This document shows, piece after piece, positions 39,095 through 50,844 of a DNA stretch of 64,000 bases. The notes under the pieces were generated by a model that had not been told where the DNA came from, searched no databases, and was given only the letters and a program-made list of their open reading frames with translations. Position 1 is the first letter of the stretch, and every line of letters starts with the position of its first letter. Position numbers and translations under genes: made by a program. This stretch comes from Octopus bimaculoides (taxonomy: Eukaryota): NCBI RefSeq assembly GCF_001194135.2, contig NC_068988.1:10614908-10678907 (forward strand). The letters run 5' to 3'.

Positions 39095-40130
39095 AAAATA
39101 GGAATATACAATGCTAGGCGGACTAAAAGGAATAGATTAAAGGAAAGAAATGTAAAGAATTTAGTGTGATAATGAAAAACAAAATTACGAAAGAAATGGT
39201 TTCTATATTTTTAGAAAACGTTTAAGTAGATACACAAAATTAATTTCCTTACGGAAAATATTATATATGTCAAAAGTAAAATAAAATATTAATAAAACGA
39301 TCGGCGAAAGTTAGGTGAATTTCCAAAATATACTGAAAATAAAAAAAGGGAAATAAATATTTTAATTTCAGTCAATATTTGCAAGAGTCATGAAATAAGA
39401 AAATGTGCCATATTAGAAGTCAAAAATGGCTTCAATAATACCAATAAAAGCCGAAGCACAAGCGTAATCAGGTAACATAACGTCACCGCAGTCAGGACCT
39501 CTTCCTGAAATTAATGTAGTATGCTAGGACTAGCAACTTAATTAGATGGAAATAAGTAGAAACGGTTACGAGCAAAAAGGTAAAATAAAAGCGAAATATA
39601 TTACGGAACGTGTTAGTAGATATTGAAAAGTAATTTCACGAAAGAAATAGAGAATTATATTTGAGGAAAACAACAAAAAATATTAGTAAATAAATGATAA
39701 ATTCTGTATTTAATTCCCAAATCTTCTGGAGTTAAAATAGGAAGTAAGAAATTACTATTATTCCATAAGTTGCTGGAATTACCAAATAACGAAATATGGC
39801 AGCCCGAATGTCAAAAGTGACTCATAGGGAGCCGACATTCATAAAGCACAGGGGCAATGAAATAACACACTTTTCATTCACGGCATATCTGGAACAACGT
39901 AACAAGGAAAATAATTAGAAACAAGCAGCTGGAACAGCAAGGGAATAGAAGAGAAAAAGAAAAGGCCAGATTTTATTAGATAATTTAATTTCACTGAAGA
40001 ATAAATTCAGATCTAACAAAAAGAATAAGTTATTAATAAACGAAATGAAAAAGTTTAGACAGAATTCCGAAATATGCTGAAAATTAAATGGAAAAATATT
40101 GCCATTCTGAATTCGTAGCACAAGTCGGCA
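39095..40130 (+). mobile_element. Old LINE apurinic endonuclease-region remnant (RTE-like)
   Basis: A-rich strand with ordered remnants KIGIYNAR (cf. IGTWNVR), GADI (cf. GGDFN), DNLISLKNKF and KWKN; many stops. Confidence 0.35.
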
Positions 40131-40898
40131 GAATATGCTAGAGTGAAACAAAAAACTGATACAAATAGAATTAGTAGTAACCGAAAACTAGATGCTATGA
40201 GATGTTACAAAAACGCACCAAACTTCATGTTCTTATACAGTGAACCAGAAAATCGAAAATAACTTTGATAAATACTGATTGCGTCCTTCACCTGAAGCAG
40301 GCAATCAAATCGATAGCATTATCGGTACCTACTTGAAACAGAACACAAATAAGGGATATGTTCATTGTTTTCCTCAACGAGTTGGTAATGTTTCGATCCC
40401 CCTGAAATAATGGAATAATTCTTGTACATGGCTCAATGTACCAAGGGACAAAGCTACCTACAGCATAATTATCAGGCAGAAACTAATGAATTTGATACAT
40501 TCTATAACAAGTTTTGATAATTACATTAACGATAAAATATTTTCATTAGGCCTAGAGAGTGTAGATATTCAATTTCACTAATGATTGGTACGTAAGAATC
40601 AAGGTAAGGCAGACAACAATAACTACATAAAACACCTTGCTGCTAGATGCAAAATGGAACCTTTACAGAAATCAAAATGCAATAGAAACAATAGTCGACA
40701 CAAAACTATGAAACACTAAAATTTCACCACAGAATAGTATAAAAAAAAAGTTCATTTGTGTATAAAAATAGTTACACAACAATATATGATACACAATATT
40801 CTACTTATATTCTTCCGTCTCTGTTTACGTTCTCTCAGCTGATGAGTTCGAAGGAAACTGAAAGAAGACCCGTGGTATATATAAATATATATATATGT

Positions 40899-40973
40899 AC
40901 GGTGGTGGTGGTAGCGGCGGCGGTGATGGTGGTGGTGGTGGCGGTGGTGGTGGTGGTCGTGCTGGTGGTGGTG

Positions 40974-41021
<48 letters not shown>
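40899..41021. repeat. (GGT)n/(GGC) then (AGT)n microsatellite
   Basis: Directly visible; source of the poly-V, poly-P and poly-T pseudo-ORFs. Confidence 0.95.
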
Positions 41022-41023
41022 CT

Positions 41024-41581
41024 ATTGAGTGAGAGAGCAGTGCATGCACTCAAACTGACAATTGAGTAAAATATACGTTTTCCAGTATACCCATCGTAAC
41101 TACCCGTCTGATAAGAGTACACCAGGCACGTGCATCACAACCATATGTGCGCGACATGGTGATCGCATATCAAGATAAACAGCGCATGGCCTCGCAGGTG
41201 GAGCCCAGTCAGAATGTTCTTCGGCTCGAATAGCCTATCCCGCTCAAAAGGTACCTGAATAAGGCTTATTTAAGGATGTTGAGCAAAACATCCATGTTTC
41301 CAAAGGTGAATTATTCAACCCCCCACCCAATTCCTCTCAACACATGGCTAGGATGCTCCCCCACTACTTCTGTTCATGATCAGAGATTCACATATCGTCA
41401 GCCACCAAGGGACATGCTCAACTGGTTAAGATCAAACCACTGACAAGCAAATCTATGGTATTTAGCAGAATATTTGCTATAGTCCATCTTTTATACCAAG
41501 ACAAAACAATGTACATGATAGCACTTCCAATTAATTAAGATCAGAAGTCATGAGAGCCACTGCCTGGCACAACATCCGGAC

Positions 41582-41585
<4 letters not shown>
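41024..41585. mobile_element. ~560-bp non-coding interspersed element bracketed by trinucleotide microsatellites
   Basis: Sharp boundaries against (AGT)n on the left and (TTA)n on the right, and higher GC than the flanks. I recall this sequence as a high-copy Octopus repeat (unverified; single copy in this window). Confidence 0.55.
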
Positions 41586-41648
<63 letters not shown>

Positions 41649-41650
41649 AT
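41584..41650. repeat. (TTA)n microsatellite
   Basis: Directly visible. Confidence 0.95.
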
Positions 41651-42307
41651 TAATATATGAAACTCATTGCTGGGTACGATGTTAGCGGTCTACAGCAAGG
41701 AGCCTAAGGTGACACTTCTTTACTGGTTATGCTTCAAGCACCCTGCGAATATTTCTTGCAATTCCAATGATGATTTTTGAAGGTGTTCTACATTCACACT
41801 TGCATCGATTATTATTATTGATGATAACGATGGAGAAGTGCAACGGCTTACAGAGCTGTTGCAGCAAGAATAACATTCTAAGATTTCGGTTTTACATTGA
41901 ACTTCTATGTATGACGGTATTTATTTTTTAGAATGTGGTACTTCTTTAATTTCCTGGAAAATGCAATTTCTGCAATAACAAAAACATATTTTACTTTCTT
42001 TTAAGAAATGTTTCAATTAGATTTCGACTGAAACCAATGTCATGTTGTCATTACTTGACCTACATATATAAACCATTTGCAAATACGCATGTAAGCTCTT
42101 CTGTTATTTCTTTTGATTTTTTTTTTCCTTTTCATATATTTTTGCAATTTTCATAAAAATTCTTAAAGGATTATTTTGTCAAGTACGTTTACTTCCATAT
42201 CCAAAACTACCCTATATTTATACATGCATACACACAAACGCACGCGCGCGCGTGAGTGTGTGTGTGTATGCATGCGTATAATTGGCATACACACATATCT
42301 ATAGGAA

Positions 42308-42414
<107 letters not shown>

Positions 42415-42533
42415 AGAGAGAGAGAGAGAGGACTTATCTAATTTTCATTTTCCCAAATTTTAATTTTAAAACTAACGTGCCTTCGAGAACAACTTAAGTC
42501 GAAATGCCTTAAGCCAAGGTATTCCTGTATATA

Positions 42534-42948
42534 TAACTTAGATAACTTAGATTGATTTTGGCCATTATCGGCCGAGGCCATGGCTAACTGAACAGCACCA
42601 CCTGGAAAAAGTCATTTAGTTAATTATTTCGGCACACCATGGACCACTCAAGCAGAGAGCTGTTGTTAGTTGAGACGCATCCAGGTGTAGGTGGTTTATC
42701 CAGTATTTACTGGAGGAATTTCTCCAGGTACCGTTTGAAAGTTGTGGAATTTTCCATTTTCATTTTTTTTGGATAACATTGAAAAGTGCAAGATCATTTG
42801 TAGTGAAGAAATCGTGTCGCAATGTTCTTATGTGATGTAATCTCGACCTTTGTAGGGGACGCATTGCACGGGGACCTAGTCTTAGGTGAATTGTAAACAC
42901 AATACCGATATCATTTGGATAATATTGGTGGACTATTTCCACGTGGTG

Positions 42949-42952
<4 letters not shown>
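42534..42952 (-). mobile_element. CR1-group LINE 3' end, 5'-truncated
   Basis: Peptide PNDIGIVFTIHLRLGPRAMRPLQRSRLHHIRTLRHDFFTTNDLALFNVI, frameshift, then TFKRYLEKFLQ*ILDKPPTPGCVSTNNSSLLEW. A short 3' UTR ends in tandem TCTAAGTTA-TCTAAGTTA. Confidence 0.8.
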
Positions 42953-43003
<51 letters not shown>

Positions 43004-45061
43004 AACAGAACCAGAAATGCGTACATCTAAATATTTAGAATTTGTAATCTTTTTAATAGCTACTATAGTTACTGTTAACATATTTATTTTACTGCATCCA
43101 TGTAAACTAATTCACTAAGTCAGTGCATAATCATATATTTACTTATAAGTACCTCCAAACATAAGCTCACAATTGAACTGTTGCCTGTTATATCCAACAA
43201 CCCTAGTAAACGTGACTATGTTTCTACCATTACTGAGTCACTATTATTATTCTGGTTACGAATTTTAAACTATGAATTGCACGCCACTTAAATGTCTCAT
43301 GCCATGCTTTTTCATACATCTTATACTCAACTAATTTACGCTAGGCATCGTGTAACACTCTAAGCTTTCATTCAGCTGTTTTCCACATCAAATTCAGTCT
43401 TCGCATAAGTCAGCTTTAATGACGTCATCACCTGTTGCATCGGTGTTTTATATAACTGATAACATTGTTTCATAATGTTGCTTTGCGCTCCTCAGTTAAC
43501 ATTTTCTTGGTCTAGTATTTGTGAGAGGGTTTGACAGAATCTCATTCTTGAAATCCCTGTGTTTCATTTTGTCTCTAATTAATATTCTGCAGCATGCATG
43601 AGTGCGGATTTGTTATATCTGTTGTCGAATACATTTTCATACGTAAACTCAATCGCTTGAATTTTCGCATAAACTGAAGTGTTGTTAATACGCAACAAGC
43701 ATTGATATCTTTTATACAGATATCTAAATAATCCCTAGTGCTTTCGTTTATAATGCTTATTACTTACAACAATCCATAAACAAGTCTCATGGTGGTGATA
43801 AATGAGACGTTTTGGCATGGAAGTTTATATGCTATTGCTTTTCGGGGCTTAGGGATATTACTTAAAATTTTCATATATTCCTATTAAAACCTCTCTGATT
43901 TAGTATGTTATATCTATGTCCTTTCTTATTAGCATTTACTAAAACATGTTACAATCGTAATAATATCATGCTTTTATTCAGACCTAGCTTTAAAACAAAA
44001 ATGAGTCGTATTATTACATTCTTATCTGAATTAATTTTCCAGTGCATTATCTATTTGCATTTCACTAACTCTAGAAATATGTCATTTGTATATCTCATTA
44101 TGCATTTTACTATTCTGTGATCTCGAAAGGTTGTTCATGACATCTTTTTGCGAATATACCGATATATTGCATTGAATAACGTGTTAAAAACTGTTAACGA
44201 TTTCGATATGTATCGTAATATAATATGAAAAAATAAAACTGTTTTTTTCCCCTTTGTAGCATACACGCATACAGAATGTTCTGAGTACATGATTTCAACG
44301 AAGTGAACACTGATCTAGTTGCTAGGTGCAATATTTTTTAATCTAAATATATAATAGTAATATATTATTCCTTTGATTTTAAAACATTTTTCTATATAAA
44401 TGCCTAGCGTATATTGAATGTAGCATGATTAATTTACTAAAAAATGAAAGCGTTTTCATATGAAAGTAGTGAATGTACACGAATTTGTTTCTCTTGCTTC
44501 TAACTTATTATTAACATAAAAGTCAAATAATATAGTTGTTCTATTCATTGAGTGCACTACAATTGCGAGGTTATTTCGGCTGTATTGCCTCAGAAATATA
44601 AATGAATGACCTTAATATATCAGAATATTCTAGTACATTATAAAAATTGCTGATAATATCTTCTTTTTCGACGTTTATGATACTAAATAGACACGTTTTG
44701 TAAATATGGTTTTATAGTCCGAGTGAAAAGTAGCAGTGTATTAGTTTCTGTTACTTGTAGAATACCAAATGTTATTCACATATATCGCCAATCGATATCG
44801 TCATGGGAATAGGGCCTCACGATATAGGTGGACATGTAATATAACGTGTGTTTGCAGTTTGAAATTTTAGATTGATCATCACAAATAAGAAATATTTCAA
44901 CCGTAGTCATCTTCTTTTTAAATGATTTCTACGATAAAATTGTGCAATATTTGCCTCCCCTGTTCGAAAGGCATGGCCTGCACGAAATCATTGCTTTGTA
45001 TTTAGCTCGATATAAGAGCAGATACAATTCCTCCTGCTAGAAAATATGTAATGTTGTATAA

Positions 45062-45189
45062 CGCGGTGTGCTGGCAGTGTCGTTACCGCTTAGTGGTATT
45101 TCGTCCGTCTTTACGTTCTGAGTTCAAATTCTGCCGAGGTCAACTTTGCCGTTCATTCTTTCAGGGTCGAAAAAATAAGTATTAGCTCT
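45062..45189 (+). mobile_element. tRNA-derived SINE, family C (3'-truncated, with internal deletion)
   Basis: GCTTAGTGGTATTTCGTCCGTCTTTACGTTCTGAGTTCAAATTCTGCCGAGGTCAACTTTGCC...GGGTCGA..AATAAGTA. Confidence 0.85.
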
Positions 45190-46050
45190 GATGCCTTATC
45201 TCACTTCAGACTCTTCCAACCGCACTCTTATTCGCGAGATACTTCACAGAATAACCGAACCTGTTGTGTCCCAGGAACCGAATTCAGCCGCAGCCGGTTC
45301 GATCGCTGATGGGCTCGTTGTCCCCAAGAATATGGATGCCCAACGCAACTGGGACGACATCAGATGCACGTCCACTCTCGAGAGGCTCCAGGCATCACTA
45401 CATCAATACCTCTGTGCCTGTCTCGGTTCTACCTCGCAGCCAGACAGTGCCACATGGCTGCATTCGGTGCTCTCCTCATCTACCAGTACCCTTCTAGATG
45501 TTGAGGACAGCCGTATCGAAGGGGCCGAACGCCTCGGTCTCCACGTGTGAGAGCTTCAGAAATAACGCTGCGTGGCGGTAGTAAACTAATCCGGCCTGCA
45601 CCATTTATCCTGCAGCCTTATCGCGGGACCATTCCCCTGACACTCCGGTTTGGATGACAAAATCGAAACGCACCTACACGCGGTTGGCATATCATCATCA
45701 CTTTCGAGGAAGACAGATCTCTAATCGAGATCGTGATGTGCAGCAATACGCTCGTTATATCCAACCTTGGAGCTTCTGTCGCAATCCCTGTTTTCGTCGA
45801 CCGTAACTCAGAGGAGACAAAAATCAATAAATACAGAAGACTGGCCGGCTACTATCTGTTTCTTCCGCTCACCATCGAGACAACAGGTATTCAAGAAGTC
45901 TGTACAATCAATTTCCCCTGCGAAAGGAGGGATAATGGTGGCCGGTCGGAAAAAATGAGTCCCGCAATATGGAGTGGGTGATGCAACGATTGTCAGTGCC
46001 ATTTTCCGCGACAACGCCATCGCGGTCATTAATGCGGAGTGCGCTTAGCA
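45190..46050 (+). mobile_element. CRE-clade RLE non-LTR retrotransposon, decayed 3' part (zinc knuckle and endonuclease region)
   Basis: QRNWDD...ATWLHSVLSSSTSTLLD...RLGL, a knuckle remnant *RC...GLHHLSC...H, RSLI..MCSNT, EETKINKYRRL..YLFLPLTIETTG and QRLSV(A)IFRDNA, in the order of CRE-type ORF C-termini. Several stops and frameshifts. Confidence 0.85.
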
Positions 46051-47059
46051 CCTCATTTTCTCTGAGATTTGTGGCGCATCGGCTTCTTCTCCTCCATCTT
46101 CCACCGCTTTACTCCAACACCTATATTTCTTCCCTTCGTTTCCTTTTCTTTCTCTCCCTTCTTATCTATGTTCTTTTCAGTTTGCTTTGTATTTAATTGC
46201 TCTAATAGAGTAAACTAAATGAAGATAAATAACGTAAACACTTTCTATGATTAAGTAATATGTAAAAAGAAAAGAAAAGACGCTAGAGTCTCAGAGAATC
46301 CCTATCAGGTGTTTGGAACTAACAGTGGTTTGCTTCTATGGTTTTATATCAACCGCGGTTCGACTAAGGAGATTAACAAATTAGGATAAGAGCAAACATA
46401 CAAGCTCAACAAACTGTAACAGAAAGTATTAAATTCCTCACAAATTACTCCGCTGACTCTGGATGTGAACGTTAAATAATAAGTCTAGTTGAGCAATCGA
46501 TTAAATAAATTGACACTTCTGGTCGTTAATGACCGAGATATCCTGTTTACTTAATCAAAAGTTTGTAGCGATAATACATCTCACGAGCTTATAAAATTCA
46601 GACGTGATCACAGAGATTTCGATGAAATTTTATTGAATCTAAAAGGAAATCATTTCGCGTCTATAGACACTTATGGAATCGATTTGCTATTGCAAAATGT
46701 GAGTTCCTGCTTCCTTTTAAAATTCCCAACGTAGAAAGAATAAAATATATATTTATATTTCTTTTCAGAATATATATATTTATATTTCTTTTCAATTTTC
46801 CGAATATGTAATTAAACTGCATTGAGATTAGAAATACATACAGCAATGAGAAATACAGATATACTGTCTTGGAAAATGTCCAAAATATCAAGAAACCATC
46901 AGGTACAAGAGAAACAAAATGTATCATTAAACCGGTTTTAGACTAAAAGTAGGTAGGATGGTATTAGACAGGAAGAGAGAGCTATTGGAATGTTGATAAG
47001 AAAATAAATGTATCAGTTGTGTAATAGCCTTCACTTATGCAAATTAGTGTGTAGTGACG

Positions 47060-47270
47060 AATTCATTCTCACTGTGTGGCAACTAGGGCCCGTGTCTTGT
47101 GGCGATCAAAGCCTTGTGAGTGGACGGAATCTGCAAGAAGTATGTCGTATATACGTATATGTGTATCCTTTAAGTTCGTTTGCATATATGTGTGTGTGTG
47201 CGTGTGTGTGCCTGTGTGCATCTTCGTGTCTGTGTTTGTCCCAACCCCTTGCTAGAAAATAAGCGATGTT
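47060..47270 (+). mobile_element. SINE family B, degenerate, with head and tail halves split by an internal microsatellite
   Basis: CAAAGCCTTGTGAGTGGA...GTCGTATATA, then a (TG)-rich tract, then GTGTCTGTGTTTGTCCC. Confidence 0.65.
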
Positions 47271-47579
47271 TGTATATTTTGTGACGAACTCATCCATATG
47301 ATATAAACACAGTCAAGAGGATGTAATTCAGACACACTCACTTGCCCTCTGTACAATGATATCCCTAAACCGAATAACCGATTATTGTTTTCACGGTAAA
47401 CGCTATACAAGACGTATTTTGAGATCAAAGCCCCAAAATATCCATTTCGATCTTGGCACTGTCACCCAAGGGAAATTACGATTATGTATGGCGTCTTAAT
47501 GTGACACAGACGATGGTATTTATATACATGCATACACAGAGAGAGATGGAGAGATAGAGAGAGAGAGATGCAAGAGATA

Positions 47580-47637
<58 letters not shown>

Positions 47638-48181
47638 GCGTATGAATTTGTGAGTGGGATGGTGTATATCGACAAACCTACATAAATATATTTATATCCG
47701 CATGAATAATTATCCCTTTATCTATCAATCTACACACACACACATACACACACACTCACACACGCACACACACATACACACACATAGATATATAGGCATA
47801 CAAATGTCCGTGTCTTACTCTATGTACTCGAACATGAGATTTTGCGTTACAGAAGACGATAAAATATACCGACATTACTATATTATTAGTCTGAAATAAA
47901 ATTTATGCTTCGCAATATTGCTATTAGAAGCAACAATGGAACCATCTAAGGAGAATTGAATCAATTGTTATAACATATCTGTGATGTATAAAGAAATGCC
48001 AATGGTAGAATAGCATATACGAATACGGCGTCCATGGATTGGATGATTTTATTTAGGGGCTGAAAAATTTGTTTCGATGTTATCTCTAATAGATATGTTA
48101 TTTCATCCAACCACCTCGACCACCATTACATACATGCATACATACATACATACATACATATATACATACATACATACATAT

Positions 48182-48338
48182 ACGTGGCTGTCTGGTAAGT
48201 AGCTTACTTACCAGCCACATGGTTCCGGGTTCAGACCCACTCCGTGGCACTTTGGGCAAGTGTCTTCTACTATAGCCTCGGGTCGACCAAAATCTTGTGA
48301 GTGGATTTGGTAGGCAGAAACTGAAAGAAGCCCGTCGT
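48182..48338 (+). mobile_element. tRNA-derived SINE, family B (best-preserved head half)
   Basis: A-box-like GTGGCTGTCTGGT and B-box-like GGTTCAGACCC; the body ends in GAAAGAAGCCCGTCGTATATA followed by (TA)n and a gap. Confidence 0.9.
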
Positions 48339-48659
48339 ATATATGTATATATATATATATATATATATNNNNNNNNNNNNNNNNNNNNNNNNNNNNNNNN
48401 NNNNNNNNNNNNNNNNNNNNNNNNNNNNNNNNNNNNNNNNNNNNNNNNNNNNNNNNNNNNNNNNNNNNNNNNNNNNNNNNNNNNNNNNNNNNNNNNNNNN
48501 NNNNNNNNNNNNNNNNNNNNNNNNNNNNNNNNNNNNNNNNNNNNNNNNNNNNNNNNNNNNNNNNNNNNNNNNNNNNNNNNNNNNNNNNNNNNNNNNNNNN
48601 NNNNNNNNNNNNNNNNNNNNNNNNNNNNNNNNNNNNNNNNNNNNNNNNNNNNNNNNNNN

Positions 48660-48696
<37 letters not shown>

Positions 48697-50844
48697 GTAT
48701 ATATATATATGGATTAAAACAGCTTAATTAAAATTTGTAGGTACTCTTGAGTTTCAAGCGTGATCCTAATCCTCAACCATTTTAAATTTGAATGACAGAA
48801 GGTGATTGTTATTACAAAAGTTGATTCGTCGCGGAAGTTCGTATGGTGTCTTTGTTTGATGTTGGTATATGGGTAACAGTTAGCTGGAAAATAACATATG
48901 GCAAGGAGGAAATTGACCACGTGGCTAATCGAAATCAGCCAGGTTGTGGGCGAGGTAGGAATGGGGGGGATGTGCATTTGACATGGTAGAGTACAAATGT
49001 ATTATTCTTTAATAGGAACTTTATTGACAGTAACGTCGAAGTTTCGGAACCTGAGTCAACAGCAACCGCAGAAGTATTTGACTTCAACTTTGGTTTCTAT
49101 AATCTCTCTTAAGTTAATAATATTCTGTAGTAAGATGACCTCTGTTGAATTATAATTAATTTTATGGCAGTGCATGATGACCAATTGTTATGGAGAATTT
49201 TTATTGATTAAATTTGGTGATGTACAATAATTTATAATTTATTCATCAATGTTGAACTGTGTAATTGAGTGCCCTGATTTAGGTGTGTCATCTGCAGGTC
49301 ATAAGGTTCAGAGAATAATATAATTAAATAGCTGGTCGGCAGTTATGCAACTCGGTTTAGTTCGCATTGATTTATATTTGCATATTAAAGGAATATTTAA
49401 ACTTTTGTTTGGAAAATATTTAATCCTCATATTTCAGAACAGTATTTAAGCCTTTAGAATTAGCTGTGTTTACAAGATAAGCCGGCTTTCATGTTGTGGT
49501 TTTATAAAGGTTCATAAAAGTATATAAATAGGAGATAAGTTTTATTTTGATGGCCAACTTCTGTTAATTAGTTCTTTTTACCTGTTTGTCTTGGCAGGTT
49601 GTTGGTTATCGTCTTAAGCATGTGAGAGTGCTATTAGTATGAAAAATATTATTTATTTACAATTATTATTCGCAAGAAGATGGAACAAATTTTAAATATC
49701 TTTAGTCCGTCTCTGAGAGATGAATGTTCTGCAAATCATTTGCTTACTTTTTAGAAATGTTGACCTTTGTGTATAGGGAGATACAGTTTAGAAACTATTT
49801 TTCATAAATATTTCTTTTCGTTTTGAAGGTTGGTTATTTTATAACATATTTGTTGAAGATATTAAAATATGCGATCACTAAGCAATAAATAGCGTGCAAT
49901 AAAATTCTAAGCCAGCGTATTTTTCTGTCATCTTTGCATATATGCATGTGTAGGTTTGTGGACTTATTTAGAATGATTTTAGAATGATTTGTAGAAACGT
50001 TTTTGGAAAAAAACATATTGCAAACACGAAGAAGCAGCTCTTACGCAGAAGCACTCATTAATGGAAAATATTACAAATAAGTGGGAAAACAATGGAATTA
50101 CGGCCGGTTGAAGAGCACATAAGCAGTTTAGCATTTCAAACTATTACCAACCATCAAGCCCCAACATTTTTAACAGATCTCGTAAATTGGATACATTTTA
50201 GTTTCATTAAGAATTAGAATATAATTCAAACTGTGTGATTATATAGCCGACACAATTGACAGAAATAAAATTTCCTCACGCAGGAAATATATTCTACTGG
50301 AAAGAGGAAACACGATTTATGTTGTTCCTGTTTTCTTGTGAGTGTGCTGGCATGCAGTATTTTGAGTTTGTTCCCTGTGTTTACTTGTACACAATTATGT
50401 AAATACGAAAAAAATCTACGATGACAGCAGAATTTATTGTTTTTACAAATGTACACTAGTTAGTTTGCACGATGTGATAATAGTAATTTAATCCAGTTCA
50501 TTTATGAGTAAAGTGGATTGTCAGCCATTATTCAAAATTGCACATTGTTTTGTGAACCTGCTTAAAAATACACGCATGTCAACGCAAGCACAAATAGATT
50601 TACATATGTATCTACCCATAAACACATGCTTATTTATCTACATATATATGTGTGTGTGTGAATATATATTTATATATATATAGAGAGAGAGAGGCATATA
50701 TAAACATATACACATAAGCATATACATATTTATATATGTATACAAATACACAGACAGAAAGAGTGAGATATATATATATATATATGTGTGTGTGTATGTG
50801 CGTGAGTGCGTTCATGTATGTGTGTGTGTGTGTGGTTGTATGTG

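Noticed and set aside
43260-43700. Possible ancient LINE RT start (TGDDVIKADL) on the minus strand
   Set aside because: A single weak motif with no ordered downstream support.
48182-48260. tRNA-like A and B boxes
   Set aside because: These are SINE heads; there is no cloverleaf or acceptor stem, so no tRNA gene is called.
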